Of a stretch of 64,000 nucleotides of DNA, positions 51,811 through 62,143 are shown piece by piece; the stretch's first letter is position 1, and each line of letters opens with the position of its first letter. Source of the stretch: an uncultured Christensenella sp. Lineage in GTDB: Bacteria > Bacillota > Clostridia > Christensenellales > DTU072. The stretch is taken from positions 19,387-83,386 of the forward strand of contig CASDZI010000007.1 in NCBI GenBank assembly GCA_949285605.1. The letters are read 5' to 3'. The position numbers and the translations under genes were made by a program. Below the pieces are notes generated by a model. It ran no database searches. It had not been told where the DNA came from and saw only the letters and a list, made by a program, of their open reading frames with translations.

Positions 51811-52404
51811 TTACTCTCCTTTTTCGTCGAGGTAAGTCGCCTGTACGTCGGACAGGTGGAAGAGAAGGGCTGTAGGATACTTGTAAAAAACGTCGCTTAA
51901 AGCGTAACTTCCGCCTAAAACACGTTGATCGAAACCGCCCATATGCCAGTTTATCGCCATAGCTTCCTCACGGGTAAGCCGCATAAATCCGCTTATTATG
52001 TAAACGCTTTTTTCTCCGTGGCCGTAGGGGAGTGCGTCGTCCACGGTATAGTAAGGTTTTTGCACCCATTCGCCGTCAACTTTGACGTTACGCATTTCTT
52101 CCTTGTAGTAATTGACTTTGCATACGTCGTGCAAAAGGGCGATTATCGCCGCACTCTCGGGAGAAACCTTTTCTTCGGCTTCCTCGGCGTATTCCATTTC
52201 CAAGTTCTGCAAAAAGCGGTAATAAGTCTTTACGCTGTGTTCGCAAAGTCCGCCTGCGTGAGCGGAATGGAATTTAGTGGAAGCTGGCGCGCGGAAAAAG
52301 TCGCTCTTTTTCAGCCATTCGAGAAGTTTAGCCGAGCCTTCTCGGGTAATATTTTCTTGAAAAATACGGATAAACTCCGAAGAGTAATCGATAAAATCAG
52401 CCAT
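51811..52404 (-). CDS. HD-domain phosphohydrolase
   Basis: 197-aa ORF. H...HD metal motif (FHSAHAGGLCEHS, ALLHDVCK). Confidence 0.7.
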   Translation of the reverse strand: MADFIDYSSEFIRIFQENITREGSAKLLEWLKKSDFFRAPASTKFHSAHAGGLCEHSVKTYYRFLQNLEMEYAEEAEEKVSPESAAIIALLHDVCKVNYYKEEMRNVKVDGEWVQKPYYTVDDALPYGHGEKSVYIISGFMRLTREEAMAINWHMGGFDQRVLGGSYALSDVFYKYPTALLFHLSDVQATYLDEKGE

Positions 52405-53737
52405 TTTTGTTCTCCTTCAGTAAATTAACTATATATTTTAATTGTTTTTCTTTTCCAACGAGATTATTGTCTTTCAATGCACAGGCACGGAGAAGGGCTT
52501 TTAAGACGAGCCCTCTCTTTTCCTTCGGCACGAAGTCAAGATCCCGTCCGTTTACGGCAAGCTCCTTTACGGAAAAAGGAACGCGCTCTTCTTTCATTTC
52601 CGCGAGAGTTTTTTTCATTCGCGATACCGACGGGCAGGTCCCCTCGGTAAGTCCCGTCCCCGAATAGTCGGCTTGTTTAAGTAAAAATAACTTTGGAAGC
52701 AGGCTATAGTTTTCTTGTAAGAATTGACGGAGTTTATTTTCCCGCATTTCCTGTTTAAGATCCACCATATGGAGCCTTACCAGTTTTTTAGTCTCCGAAA
52801 TTACGGTCTTAGGATACCTTAAACGACTCAAAATGTCATCGGCTATCCTTTCGCCCTCGACGTCGTGTCCGTGATAAACGCCTTTTGAAAGACAGCAATA
52901 AGGTTTTCCCACGTCGTGTAAAAGCGCTGCAAGGCGGATTTCCGCGGCGGCGTTTTCCAAGGTGGCGAGAATATGCCCGAAAACGTCGTAACGGTGGAAG
53001 TCGGCTCTTTGCGGCAGATTTTTTCCGAGGGTTATTTCGGGCAGGATATATTGCAATACTCCCGTCTCGTCCAAAAGGCGTAGCCCTCTGACGTGGGCTT
53101 TTTCGGTGCCGTAACGGCAGTCGGCTACGAGAATTCTGTCCAGTTCGTCCCGTATTCTTTCGGGAGAAATTTCCTTTATCAGGGCGGCGTTTTTCTTGGC
53201 GCAAGACAAAGTGTAAGGATCTATGTCAAAACCCGTTTCCGCCGCTTGACGGCATAGACGCATAAGGCGCAGTCCGTCTTCGGTAAAGGTCTTCTCGCTT
53301 ATCTGACGTAAAGTACGCCCTTTTATATCTTCGCAACCGTGACAAGGGTCGCAAATTTCGCCCGACAGGATATTCAGATATACCGCATTTGCGGTAAAAT
53401 CCCTGCGAGAAGCGTCGGCGTTTATATCGTTTGTGCGACGGACGGATACCGGACTGTGTCCCGTTTCGTAATCGTCGGTACGGAAAGCCGTGTATTCGTA
53501 TGAGGCTTTTTCCGAAACGATCTTCAGAGTCATAAGTTTCGGGCTGGTTTTTTTGACCTTGAAAGGAGAGTTTTCGAGCAGTCTTTCCACTTCGGACGGG
53601 TCGGTGTCGCCGGCAAGGTCGCAGTCGGAAGGCGTACGCAGACAAAGTACGTCGCGTACATACCCCCCTACAATATAAAGCGGACGGGGAAAGTACGAAG
53701 CGAGTTTTTTCAGTTCCTCGGGCAAGGGAAAGTGCAT
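52397..53737 (-). CDS. cca: CCA-adding tRNA nucleotidyltransferase (PolyA-polymerase head + HD domain)
   Basis: 446-aa ORF. YIVGGYVRDVLCL...DCDLAG nucleotidyltransferase motif, RRDFTANAVY, and C-terminal HD (LLHDVGKP). Confidence 0.8.
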   Translation of the reverse strand: MHFPLPEELKKLASYFPRPLYIVGGYVRDVLCLRTPSDCDLAGDTDPSEVERLLENSPFKVKKTSPKLMTLKIVSEKASYEYTAFRTDDYETGHSPVSVRRTNDINADASRRDFTANAVYLNILSGEICDPCHGCEDIKGRTLRQISEKTFTEDGLRLMRLCRQAAETGFDIDPYTLSCAKKNAALIKEISPERIRDELDRILVADCRYGTEKAHVRGLRLLDETGVLQYILPEITLGKNLPQRADFHRYDVFGHILATLENAAAEIRLAALLHDVGKPYCCLSKGVYHGHDVEGERIADDILSRLRYPKTVISETKKLVRLHMVDLKQEMRENKLRQFLQENYSLLPKLFLLKQADYSGTGLTEGTCPSVSRMKKTLAEMKEERVPFSVKELAVNGRDLDFVPKEKRGLVLKALLRACALKDNNLVGKEKQLKYIVNLLKENKNG

Positions 53738-54280
53738 TTATTTGGAATATACGTCCTTTTTCAAAATTCCTATTTCGGGGATATTGCGGTATTTCTGCGC
53801 ATAATCGAGTCCGTAGCCCACCACGAATTCGTTGGGAATTACGAAACCGACGTAGTCGCCGTCGATGGAAGTTTCCCTGCGGGAAGGTTTGTCGAGCAGA
53901 GCGCAGATTTTCAAGGCTTTCGGCCGTCTTTCGGTAAGGATACGTTTCAGATAGGACAAAGTAAATCCGGTATCTATGATATCTTCCACCACTATTACGT
54001 TTTTCCCTTCGATAGGGCAGGAAATATCGTTGATTATCCGAACTTCGCCGCTGGAAGTCGTCCCCGAGCCGTAACTCGTTACCGACATGAATTCTAAAGT
54101 TACGAAATTGTCGAGTTCCTTGGTAAGGTCTGCGAAAAAGTAACAGCTTCCTCTGAGAATACACACCATAATAAGGTCTTCGTCGCCGAAATCCTTTTTA
54201 ATTTCCGCGGCGAGGGATTTCACTCTTTCGGCAATGCGCTCCTTGGTGATAAGTATTCTGTCCAGATCTTCTCTCATCAT
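53738..54280 (-). CDS. hpt: Hypoxanthine phosphoribosyltransferase
   Basis: 180-aa ORF. PRPP-binding VIVVEDIIDTGFTL. Located downstream of tilS, as in Bacillus. Confidence 0.9.
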   Translation of the reverse strand: MMREDLDRILITKERIAERVKSLAAEIKKDFGDEDLIMVCILRGSCYFFADLTKELDNFVTLEFMSVTSYGSGTTSSGEVRIINDISCPIEGKNVIVVEDIIDTGFTLSYLKRILTERRPKALKICALLDKPSRRETSIDGDYVGFVIPNEFVVGYGLDYAQKYRNIPEIGILKKDVYSK

Positions 54281-55539
54281 AAGTTTTGCTTCTCCTTGAT
54301 AATATGTATGATTTTTTTCGTTTCCGAAGTAATTTTCGCTTCGTCGGCAACCTCCAACCCGAGGACGGCGAGGACGGTTTTTCCGTCGGCAACCACGAGC
54401 AGGGAGTCTTTCGCCGCGACGGAAAGCTTCCTTTCGTTGAGAAAGTCGCTTAAAAGTTTTCTTTTTCCGTTTACTTTGCGGAAAAAGTCTCCGTCCTCTT
54501 TTCTGCGGACGATTTTCCCTTTCAGTTTATCGAAATCGGCGGTGCAGCTTCTGACGATTTTTTCCGAGGGCTGAAAGCGGTAAACGAATCCGTCGGAAAT
54601 TATTTCCCGTCCGTCGAAAACGACTTTTGCGAAAGGCTTGGCGGCACGGTACAACAGCAGTCCGCCGTTGTATTTTGCCACGTTTACGCCGTAGGGAAGA
54701 TTGAGGAAGGCGTTGTTTTCCTTGTCTTTAAGTCCGACCACGGCATTGAAATGCACTCTTTCCACGTCCTGCCATACCCCCATGTTTTTCAATGCGGCGT
54801 TTAAGGAATATTTGACTATCAGGTCGGGTTCGGAAAAAACGTCGGGGATAAAGAAGCCCTCTTCGCATTCGAATGCGGGGACGATCTTCGAGGAAAGATA
54901 CCTTTCCACTTCGGAAGCGTTTTCGGCAAGACGGGCAAAGGAAGCGTTCAGGTCGGGATAACGGCTTTTCAATAACGGTATAATTTCGTTCCGTAAAAAA
55001 TTACGGGTATAAGCGTCGTCGGCATTGCTTTCGTCCTCTACATAGGGGACGGCGTTCCGTTCGACGTAAGAGATGATGTCATTGCGGGTGTAACGAAGCA
55101 AGGGTCGCAGAAATTCCCTGCCGGAACGGATCCCCTGCAATCCGCCTATGCCGGTACCTCTGAGGATACGCATAAGGAGAGTTTCGGTATTGTCGTCGGC
55201 GTGGTGAGCCAAAGCTATTTTGTCCACGACGCCGTCGTCGAGAAGTTTTCGAAAAATGCGGTAACGGAGGATCCTTGCCGCCAGTTCGCAACTGACGCCG
55301 TTGGCTTCGGCGTACGAGGGTGTGTCCACGGAAAAGCCCATGAAGGGAATGTCCCTTTCCGAACAGTAATTTTTGACGAATTCGCTGTCGAGCAAGGAAC
55401 TTTTACCCCTTATGCCGTGTTCCACGTTGAGGACTATGAGATCTTGTCCGCTTTTCAGATATAAGTCGAGCAGCGCCATCGAGTCTCTTCCGCCGCTTAC
55501 GGCGACGCCTATTTTACAAGGGAGAATTTCCGTTTTCAT
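54277..55539 (-). CDS. tilS: tRNA(Ile)-lysidine synthase
   Basis: 420-aa ORF. PP-loop VAVSGGRDSMAL. Its stop overlaps the hpt start by 4 nt. Confidence 0.85.
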   Translation of the reverse strand: MKTEILPCKIGVAVSGGRDSMALLDLYLKSGQDLIVLNVEHGIRGKSSLLDSEFVKNYCSERDIPFMGFSVDTPSYAEANGVSCELAARILRYRIFRKLLDDGVVDKIALAHHADDNTETLLMRILRGTGIGGLQGIRSGREFLRPLLRYTRNDIISYVERNAVPYVEDESNADDAYTRNFLRNEIIPLLKSRYPDLNASFARLAENASEVERYLSSKIVPAFECEEGFFIPDVFSEPDLIVKYSLNAALKNMGVWQDVERVHFNAVVGLKDKENNAFLNLPYGVNVAKYNGGLLLYRAAKPFAKVVFDGREIISDGFVYRFQPSEKIVRSCTADFDKLKGKIVRRKEDGDFFRKVNGKRKLLSDFLNERKLSVAAKDSLLVVADGKTVLAVLGLEVADEAKITSETKKIIHIIKEKQNL

Positions 55540-55595
55540 AAAAAAATTATATAATTTTTTTTAAGATAAATCAAGCGGAAACCCGCAACGGGAAA

Positions 55596-57824
55596 TTACG
55601 CTCTGACCAACCGCAGCACGATGACCGTCATATCGTCCTTCTTCTTGCCCGAAAGGCGTATCGCTTCTTCGATCAGGGAGTCGGCGGCGTCCTGAGGATT
55701 CAGGACGGAGCCGCTCATTATCTGCGCCACTTCTCCTTCGTTCACGGCGTCCGCAACCCCGTCGCTCATCATAACGACGGTATCGTCTGTTTTCAGACGG
55801 CGGCTTTCCACGACGGGTTCGCTTTCGGAAAGGATACCTATGGGCAAAGTGCCGCCGTTTATTATTTCGTAAGAACCTCCGCTGAATACGAAACTTTCCC
55901 GTCCGCCCTGCTTGATGAAGTCTATTTCCCCGTTTTGGATATCTATAACCGCAACGTCAAGGGCACTAAAGTCCTCGTTTTTACGCAATGCAAGCAGACG
56001 GGAAACGCCGGAAAAAATGGTTTTGTGACCGAAGCCGGCTTTATAGAACGATTCGATGAGGCGGGCTACCCTCTCTGCGGTGTCGGAGGCGTTTTTTCCC
56101 GTGCCCATACCGTCGCTCAATACGAACATAAGTTTGTGTTTACCGATCTTGACCGCCAGACCGGAGTCGCCGGAGCGGGATTCCTTTGCGGCGAAACTTT
56201 CCCCGTAGAGGATCTTGTAAACGGGAGCGGGACAGTAGCAGACGCTTGCCATGCCTTTGACGTCCTTCCTTCTGGCATATTCCGCCATGGGCATTCCGAT
56301 GGTTTCGCCGATAATATCCTTAAGGGCGGGTTTGTTGACGTCGGATTCCCTGACCACGAGGGTGATCTCCTTGTCGCCGTCGCCGTTATATATCATTACG
56401 TCGGTGGCGACCACGTTTGCTTGAGCCAATTTTTCCATAAGGTGCTTTTCGGGCTCGGGATCGAAGGCGAGTCCTTTGTTTACCGACGAAGCCAGTTCTT
56501 CGAGGAGATCCGCCACTCCGCCGGCTACGCTCACGACCATGAGCCTTCCCTGTTCTATACCGCTTTTACGTTCCTGCATTTTGCGGTATTGCTTGACGCT
56601 GTCGTTGACGAGATTAATCAAAAAAGCCAGTCGTGTACAGTTTTCGCCTAAACTTACCCCTGCGTCGAGGATACTGGTCCTGCCGTTGCTTAGTGCGGAA
56701 TAAACGAGTTTTTTTACCGATATGTATAAATCGGGTATTTTTTCCAGACATTTTTTTACCGAAGGACAGGAAATACAAGCGTTTTCGCATACGTTTCGGA
56801 CCAGGAGCTCGGGGTCGTCTTCGGGTTGCTCGTCGGAAAGAAGTTTTTGCATTTCCCCGAAAGCAGAGGAGACGGATTTTAGGCGGGCAGCGAGGTCCTC
56901 CCTGTCTCGGTTGACCACGGTGCGGAGAGCGTAGCGAGCGTGATAACCTTGCTGAAAGGCGAGGATTTTTTTGAAAAATTTTCGAGGAAAACACATTCCC
57001 AAAGCGCATCCTGCGACGAAAGGCAGCAGTATGAAGAGGTCGGTGGCGGAATTGAAGAAATAGACCGCACACAGAAAAGAGAGGCTCAGAGCGGCTGCGG
57101 CAAGCGGAGAGCGAAGGGAGGAAGTTCCGCTCGCCACCACCGAAAGGAAAGCCGAATAAGCGAGGAAACCGAGTTCTCCCGTACCCACGGCGGCTCCGAG
57201 TCCTGCGCAGATACCGAAAAAGGGCAGGACGGATTTTTCCACGCTTCTTAAAAACAGGAAACCGAATCCGAGGGCGAAATAATAGACCGAGACCTCGAAG
57301 GGACGGAAGGAGGCAAGTCCTGCCGACAGGAGAGCGAGATACAGCCCTAAAGCGAATTTTTCGTTGGGGTTGAGGCGGTATTTAAGCCCTCTGACGAGGG
57401 GCGGATAGAGAGCTATTATCGCAAGGTAGTGAAAAACGGGAGCGAGCAGAAAGGACAGGGAGGTTATGGCTACGGAGAAGAGATCGGTACCGCTGAAAAC
57501 CGCATAAGGTATCAGGGAGATCACGGTAAGGACGGTGGTTTCCGCCATATGGTAACGCAGGCGTTTTTTGTAGTGGACGAATACCGTCAATGCCGCAAGA
57601 AAGGCCGCCGCACCTATCCAGGAGAGTGCGGGGAGGGAAAAATTGACGGCGAGTTCGGCTCCCGCAAAGCAGGGGATATAGACGTAATATTTTTCCCTGC
57701 AATAGACGAGAGCGAAGACCAGTCCGTTGGAAAATCCGGTAATACCGAGGGATTTTTCGGCGAGGGCAAGCAGGGCGAATACGGGGAAGTATATTAAATA
57801 TTTCAAGAAGGTTTTTTTCAGCAT
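55596..57824 (-). CDS. spoIIE: Stage II sporulation protein E (membrane PP2C phosphatase)
   Basis: 742-aa ORF. About 10 N-terminal TM helices, a central regulatory region and a C-terminal PP2C/SpoIIE phosphatase domain (LMFVLSDGMGTG, VVMMSDGV, DDMTVIVLRL). Synteny with tilS-hpt. Confidence 0.85.
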   Translation of the reverse strand: MLKKTFLKYLIYFPVFALLALAEKSLGITGFSNGLVFALVYCREKYYVYIPCFAGAELAVNFSLPALSWIGAAAFLAALTVFVHYKKRLRYHMAETTVLTVISLIPYAVFSGTDLFSVAITSLSFLLAPVFHYLAIIALYPPLVRGLKYRLNPNEKFALGLYLALLSAGLASFRPFEVSVYYFALGFGFLFLRSVEKSVLPFFGICAGLGAAVGTGELGFLAYSAFLSVVASGTSSLRSPLAAAALSLSFLCAVYFFNSATDLFILLPFVAGCALGMCFPRKFFKKILAFQQGYHARYALRTVVNRDREDLAARLKSVSSAFGEMQKLLSDEQPEDDPELLVRNVCENACISCPSVKKCLEKIPDLYISVKKLVYSALSNGRTSILDAGVSLGENCTRLAFLINLVNDSVKQYRKMQERKSGIEQGRLMVVSVAGGVADLLEELASSVNKGLAFDPEPEKHLMEKLAQANVVATDVMIYNGDGDKEITLVVRESDVNKPALKDIIGETIGMPMAEYARRKDVKGMASVCYCPAPVYKILYGESFAAKESRSGDSGLAVKIGKHKLMFVLSDGMGTGKNASDTAERVARLIESFYKAGFGHKTIFSGVSRLLALRKNEDFSALDVAVIDIQNGEIDFIKQGGRESFVFSGGSYEIINGGTLPIGILSESEPVVESRRLKTDDTVVMMSDGVADAVNEGEVAQIMSGSVLNPQDAADSLIEEAIRLSGKKKDDMTVIVLRLVRA

Positions 57825-57864
57825 AAGTCTCTCCGAGAGACCATTATAACTAATTTATATGGAC

Positions 57865-57892
57865 AAAAAACCGTAAAAAAAGCCGTTTCTTG
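57865..57892 (-). terminator. Intrinsic terminator of the DUF1846 gene (contains a 0A box)
   Basis: Read on the minus strand: gccgtttc-gacaa-gaaacggc followed by T7. Confidence 0.7.
57881..57887 (+). promoter_or_regulatory. Perfect Spo0A box (TGTCGAA) in spoIIE promoter region
   Basis: TGTCGAA lies 33 nt upstream (in the spoIIE sense) of a TATAAT -10 element (rc of 57843-57848), that is, around the -40 position. Confidence 0.45.
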
Positions 57893-57930
57893 TCGAAACG
57901 GCAATAAACAGAAGTCGGAGATGAAAAGGC

Positions 57931-59418
57931 TTAAACCCCGTAGAGTTCCTTGGTGGCGAATTCCGGTTCGCAGGTGACGTTCACGCCGAGTTTTCGGAGC
58001 ATACTCAAATCTATTTCGGGGAGCATACAGGAAGAATGGGCTTCGCAGTCTTTGAGCAAGGTGAGTTTGAGGTAGGCTTTGTTGACGGTTGCGTCGTCCA
58101 CGGCGCAGATACTGAGAGCGGTCAGGACGTCGGCAAGGTTAAGACGGAATTTGTCCCTGTGCAGAATTTCTTTTTTCAATCTCGTAATGGGTTCGAGGAC
58201 GGCGGGGGAGAGTAAAAGTTCGTTATCGGCGATGTCTGCCATCATTTTAATGGCGTTGAGCACGGCGCTGGAACAGCTCGTCATGAGAGTGGACGCCCGT
58301 CCTACGGCTATCCTGCCGTCGGGAAGTTCTATGGCGACCGACGGGCAAAGGCACTGTTCGGCTTTTTTCAAAGCCGGTTCCACTACCGTTCTTTCGGAGA
58401 AGGGGATCTTGTTCTCGTTCATAAGGAGGCGTATCCTCTGCGGCGCGCTGATGTCGCAAAGACCCTGTTTGTAGTCGCAGCTGGTTTTGTAGAAACGGCG
58501 GATTATTTCCTGCCTGCCTGCTTTTCTTACCGCTTCGTCGTCGGTTATGGCAAATCCCGCCATATTTACCCCCATGTCGGTGGGAGAACGGTAGAGATTT
58601 TCGTCGCCGGTTATTTTGGTGAGAATGGATTTTACTATGGGGAAGCACTCTATGTCACGGTTATAGTTGACCGTGCTTATGCCGTAGGCTTCGAGGTGAT
58701 AGGGGTCTATCATATTGATGTCGGCAAGATCAGCGGTAGCCGCCTCGTAAGCGACGTTGACGGGGTGACGCAAAGGAAGATTCCAGACGGGAAAGGTTTC
58801 GAATTTGGCGTAGCCCGCCTTTACGCCGCGTTTATATTCGTGGTAAAGCTGACTTAAACAAGTGGCGAGTTTTCCGCTGCCGGGTCCGGGGGCTGTCACC
58901 ACTACCAAAGGACGGGTGGTTTCTATGTAAGGGTTAGCGCCGTAACCTACGTCGCTGACTATGGTGTCCACGTCGGTGGGATACCCCGGAGTGCGGCGGT
59001 GAACGTAAGTTTTCTCCCCTCGGCGGTTGAGTTTGTTCAGGAAAACGTCGGCGGCGGACTGTCCGCTGTACTGAGTGACCACCACGCTGTTAATGTAAAT
59101 ACCCATAGCGCGGATTTTGTCTATCAGACGGAGTACGTCGTCGCCGTAGGTTATGCCGAAGTCGGCTCTTATCTTGTTGCGTTCGATGTCGCCTGCGCTT
59201 ATTACGAAAATAATTTCCGCCTTGTCTTTAAGTTTTTTGAGAATGTTTATTTTGGCGTTGTATTCGAAACCCGGGAGCACTCGGTAAGCGTGCATGTCGT
59301 CGAAAAGTTTTCCGCCGAATTCCAGGTAGAGTTTGTTGTCGAATTTAGCTATCCTTTCCAGAATTTTTTCGGTCTGAAGCTTGGTATAAAGCTGATTGCT
59401 GAACCCTTTTTCTTTCAT
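57931..59418 (-). CDS. UPF0371 / DUF1846-family protein
   Basis: 495-aa ORF. The N-terminus FSNQLYTKLQTEKILERIAKFDNKLYLEFGGKLFDDMHAYRVLPGF is characteristic of the family. Confidence 0.75.
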   Translation of the reverse strand: MKEKGFSNQLYTKLQTEKILERIAKFDNKLYLEFGGKLFDDMHAYRVLPGFEYNAKINILKKLKDKAEIIFVISAGDIERNKIRADFGITYGDDVLRLIDKIRAMGIYINSVVVTQYSGQSAADVFLNKLNRRGEKTYVHRRTPGYPTDVDTIVSDVGYGANPYIETTRPLVVVTAPGPGSGKLATCLSQLYHEYKRGVKAGYAKFETFPVWNLPLRHPVNVAYEAATADLADINMIDPYHLEAYGISTVNYNRDIECFPIVKSILTKITGDENLYRSPTDMGVNMAGFAITDDEAVRKAGRQEIIRRFYKTSCDYKQGLCDISAPQRIRLLMNENKIPFSERTVVEPALKKAEQCLCPSVAIELPDGRIAVGRASTLMTSCSSAVLNAIKMMADIADNELLLSPAVLEPITRLKKEILHRDKFRLNLADVLTALSICAVDDATVNKAYLKLTLLKDCEAHSSCMLPEIDLSMLRKLGVNVTCEPEFATKELYGV

Positions 59419-59505
59419 TTTTCGTCCCTCGTAAATAAGCCTTGCGGCACAAAAATCATTACTTAATATGATAAGTTAACGGCAGGGCGTTTGTCAAGCG
59501 AGAGC

Positions 59506-59536
59506 AACAAAAAACGCAACCCTTTTACAGGTTGCG
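59506..59536 (-). terminator. Intrinsic terminator after iolG
   Basis: Read on the minus strand: aacgcaacc-tgtaaaag-ggttgcgtt followed by T6. Confidence 0.7.
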
Positions 59537-59565
59537 TTTGCAAGTTAAATTGTCGTAAAAACGGC

Positions 59566-60591
59566 TTAAAGTGAATATTCTTTGCGAATATCATCCAATT
59601 TTACCGGAGCGTTCAAGAGGAGGGATTTTTTGGCGGCGAGACCTATCAGGACGGCTTCCAGTCCGCTTTGAGCGTCCACGGGGACGGGGGAGTCGTTGAC
59701 GATGCTGTCGATGAATTCGTTGACTTCGGCGACGTACGCTCCCATATATCTTTCGAGGAAGAAGTTGAGGGGTTTTTCGGCGTGGACGCCGTTTGCGTCG
59801 CTTATGACGGCGTTGGAAACGGTATCGTTAGCTATAGCCACCTGACCGAGACTGCCGAATACTTCGGCGCGCTGGTCGTAGCCGTAACTTGCCCTGCGGC
59901 AGTTGTCGATGACGGCTAAAGCGCCGTTAGCCAGTTTCATTGTGATGACGGCGGTGTCGATGTCGCCGGCTTCCCCGATGGTTTTGTCCACCAAAACTTG
60001 TCCGTAAGCGAAAACTTCGGTAACTTCGCTGCCCGATAGATACCTCACCATATCGAAATCGTGTATGGTCATATCGAGGAAGATTCCGCCCGAAACCTTT
60101 ATATATTCCACGGGAGGAGCCCCGGGGTCTCTCGAGCAGATTTTGACGAGGTTGAGGTCGCCGATTTTTCCCTGCGCCACGGCTTCTCTCGCCGCACGGA
60201 AATTGTGGTCGAAGCGACGGTTGAAACCGACTTGATATTTGACCTTGCTATCTTTCAGAGCGTCGAGGACCTTGCAGATCTTCTTGACGTCGTGATCTAT
60301 GGGTTTTTCGCAGAAAACGTGCTTTCCTGCGGCGATGGCGTCCAAGGATATAGCCGAATGGGTGTCGGTGGAAGAGCAGATCAGCACGGCGTCTATTTCT
60401 TTGTCGGCGAGGATCTTTTTATAGTCGTCGTAAATTTCGTTTATGCCCTTGTCTTTTGCCCATTTGGCGGTTTCTTCGGTGATGAAAGGATCGGCTATGG
60501 CTTTCACCACGGCGTTTTTTACATAACGGGTAATGCTTTCGCAATGCACACGGCCTATTCTGCCGGCGCCGATAATACCTATTTTAAGCAT
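59566..60591 (-). CDS. iolG: Gfo/Idh/MocA oxidoreductase, probable inositol 2-dehydrogenase
   Basis: 341-aa ORF. MLKIGIIGAGRIGRVH Rossmann motif and EKP motif (FCEKPI). The iol context supports the assignment. Confidence 0.7.
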   Translation of the reverse strand: MLKIGIIGAGRIGRVHCESITRYVKNAVVKAIADPFITEETAKWAKDKGINEIYDDYKKILADKEIDAVLICSSTDTHSAISLDAIAAGKHVFCEKPIDHDVKKICKVLDALKDSKVKYQVGFNRRFDHNFRAAREAVAQGKIGDLNLVKICSRDPGAPPVEYIKVSGGIFLDMTIHDFDMVRYLSGSEVTEVFAYGQVLVDKTIGEAGDIDTAVITMKLANGALAVIDNCRRASYGYDQRAEVFGSLGQVAIANDTVSNAVISDANGVHAEKPLNFFLERYMGAYVAEVNEFIDSIVNDSPVPVDAQSGLEAVLIGLAAKKSLLLNAPVKLDDIRKEYSL

Positions 60592-60625
60592 AACAGATGT
60601 TCTCCTTAAAGTTGATTGGTTTATT

Positions 60626-62128
60626 TTATATGGTTCCGTCCCAGGTGGAAACCTTGGTGGATTTTTTCTCGTGTTCGTCGAACCAGTGGGTGGTGACGCA
60701 TTTGGACTCGGTAAAGAAACGGTACCCGTCCTTGCCCAACGTGTGCAGGTCGCTGAAGAAGGAATTCTTGTGTCCGCTGAAGGGGAAGAAGCCTACCGGC
60801 ACGGGGATGCCTACGTTGATGCCCACCATACCTCCGTCGGTGTTGCGGGCAAATTCACGGGCGTAATAACCGTTCTGAGTATAGATGACCGAACCGTTCG
60901 CAAAGGGGTTGGAGTTCATCAAAGCCAGACCTTCCTCGAAAGTCTTTACCCGTTTGACGCAGAGCACCGGCCCGAAAATTTCGTTGATGCCCACGGTCAT
61001 TTCCGGGGTGACCTTGTCGAGGACGGTGGGCCCGAGGTAGAAACCGTTTTCGTATCCGGGGACGGTCACGTTACGTCCGTCGAGGACGAGTTCGGCTCCT
61101 TCGGCGAGACCTTTTTCTATCCAATCGATAACGCTCTTTTTATGGGAAGCGGAATATACGGGACCGAGTTTACTGGTTTTGTCGTAAGCGGGACCGACTT
61201 TGAGTTTGGAGGCGATTTCCTTTATTTTCGCCACGAGTTCGTCGGCTATGGATTCCTGCACGACGACGACGGGTAGCGCCATACAGCGTTCTCCGGCACA
61301 GCCGAAAGCGGCGTTGACTATCCCTGCGGCGGTACGGTCGAGGGCGGCGTCTTCCAGGACGAGAGCGTGGTTCTTGGCTTCGCAAAGAGCCTGCGCTCTC
61401 TTACCGTTTGCGGCGGCGGTGGAATAGACGTATTTTCCTACCGAGGTGCTTCCCACGAAGGAGACGCCTTTTATTAGGGGATTGGTCAGAAGTTCTTTGT
61501 TGACCACTCTGTCGCAGGTGATGACGTTGAGTACGCCGTCGGGGAGACCGGCTTCTCTGTATAATTCGCAGATACGGAGACTGGTCATGGGGGTGGCTCC
61601 GGCGAGTTTCAAGACCATCGTGTTGCCGCAGGCGATACAGACGGGAGCCATCCAGCCCATTGGAATCATTGCGGGGAAGTTGAAAGGACTCATTCCCGCA
61701 AAAACGCCCATGGATTCTCTATACAAAACGGTGTCGTAACCGGTGGAGGCGTCCATAAGGGAATCGCCCTGCATGGTGATGGGCATGGTGCAGGCGAGTT
61801 CGGTGGCTTCCTTGGCTTTCAGCACGTCGCCCTTGGCTTCTTCGTAGCACTTACCGTGTTCTTTGGCAACCAGCAGGGAGAGTTCTTCGAGGTTTTCCAT
61901 AAGCAGATCCCTGACTTTGTAGAGGATCTGAACCCTCTTGATGACCGGAACTCTCGACCAGGTCTGATAAGCGGTATGGGCGTTTTCGATGACCTGTTGC
62001 ACTTCCTCGAGGAGCATTTTCGGACTGCGTGCGATCTGTTCGCCGGTGGACGGATCGTAAACTTCGTAATAAGAATCGGTTTTGCTTTCGTAGAATTTAT
62101 TGTTGGTAAAATACTTTAAGGTTTCCAT
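60626..62128 (-). CDS. iolA: Methylmalonate-semialdehyde dehydrogenase (CoA-acylating)
   Basis: 500-aa aldehyde dehydrogenase. Catalytic-Cys context FGCAGERCMA is typical of MmsA/IolA, and Glu is present in the EIFGPV motif. Confidence 0.8.
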   Translation of the reverse strand: METLKYFTNNKFYESKTDSYYEVYDPSTGEQIARSPKMLLEEVQQVIENAHTAYQTWSRVPVIKRVQILYKVRDLLMENLEELSLLVAKEHGKCYEEAKGDVLKAKEATELACTMPITMQGDSLMDASTGYDTVLYRESMGVFAGMSPFNFPAMIPMGWMAPVCIACGNTMVLKLAGATPMTSLRICELYREAGLPDGVLNVITCDRVVNKELLTNPLIKGVSFVGSTSVGKYVYSTAAANGKRAQALCEAKNHALVLEDAALDRTAAGIVNAAFGCAGERCMALPVVVVQESIADELVAKIKEIASKLKVGPAYDKTSKLGPVYSASHKKSVIDWIEKGLAEGAELVLDGRNVTVPGYENGFYLGPTVLDKVTPEMTVGINEIFGPVLCVKRVKTFEEGLALMNSNPFANGSVIYTQNGYYAREFARNTDGGMVGINVGIPVPVGFFPFSGHKNSFFSDLHTLGKDGYRFFTESKCVTTHWFDEHEKKSTKVSTWDGTI

Positions 62129-62143
62129 AATTCCTCCTGAAAA

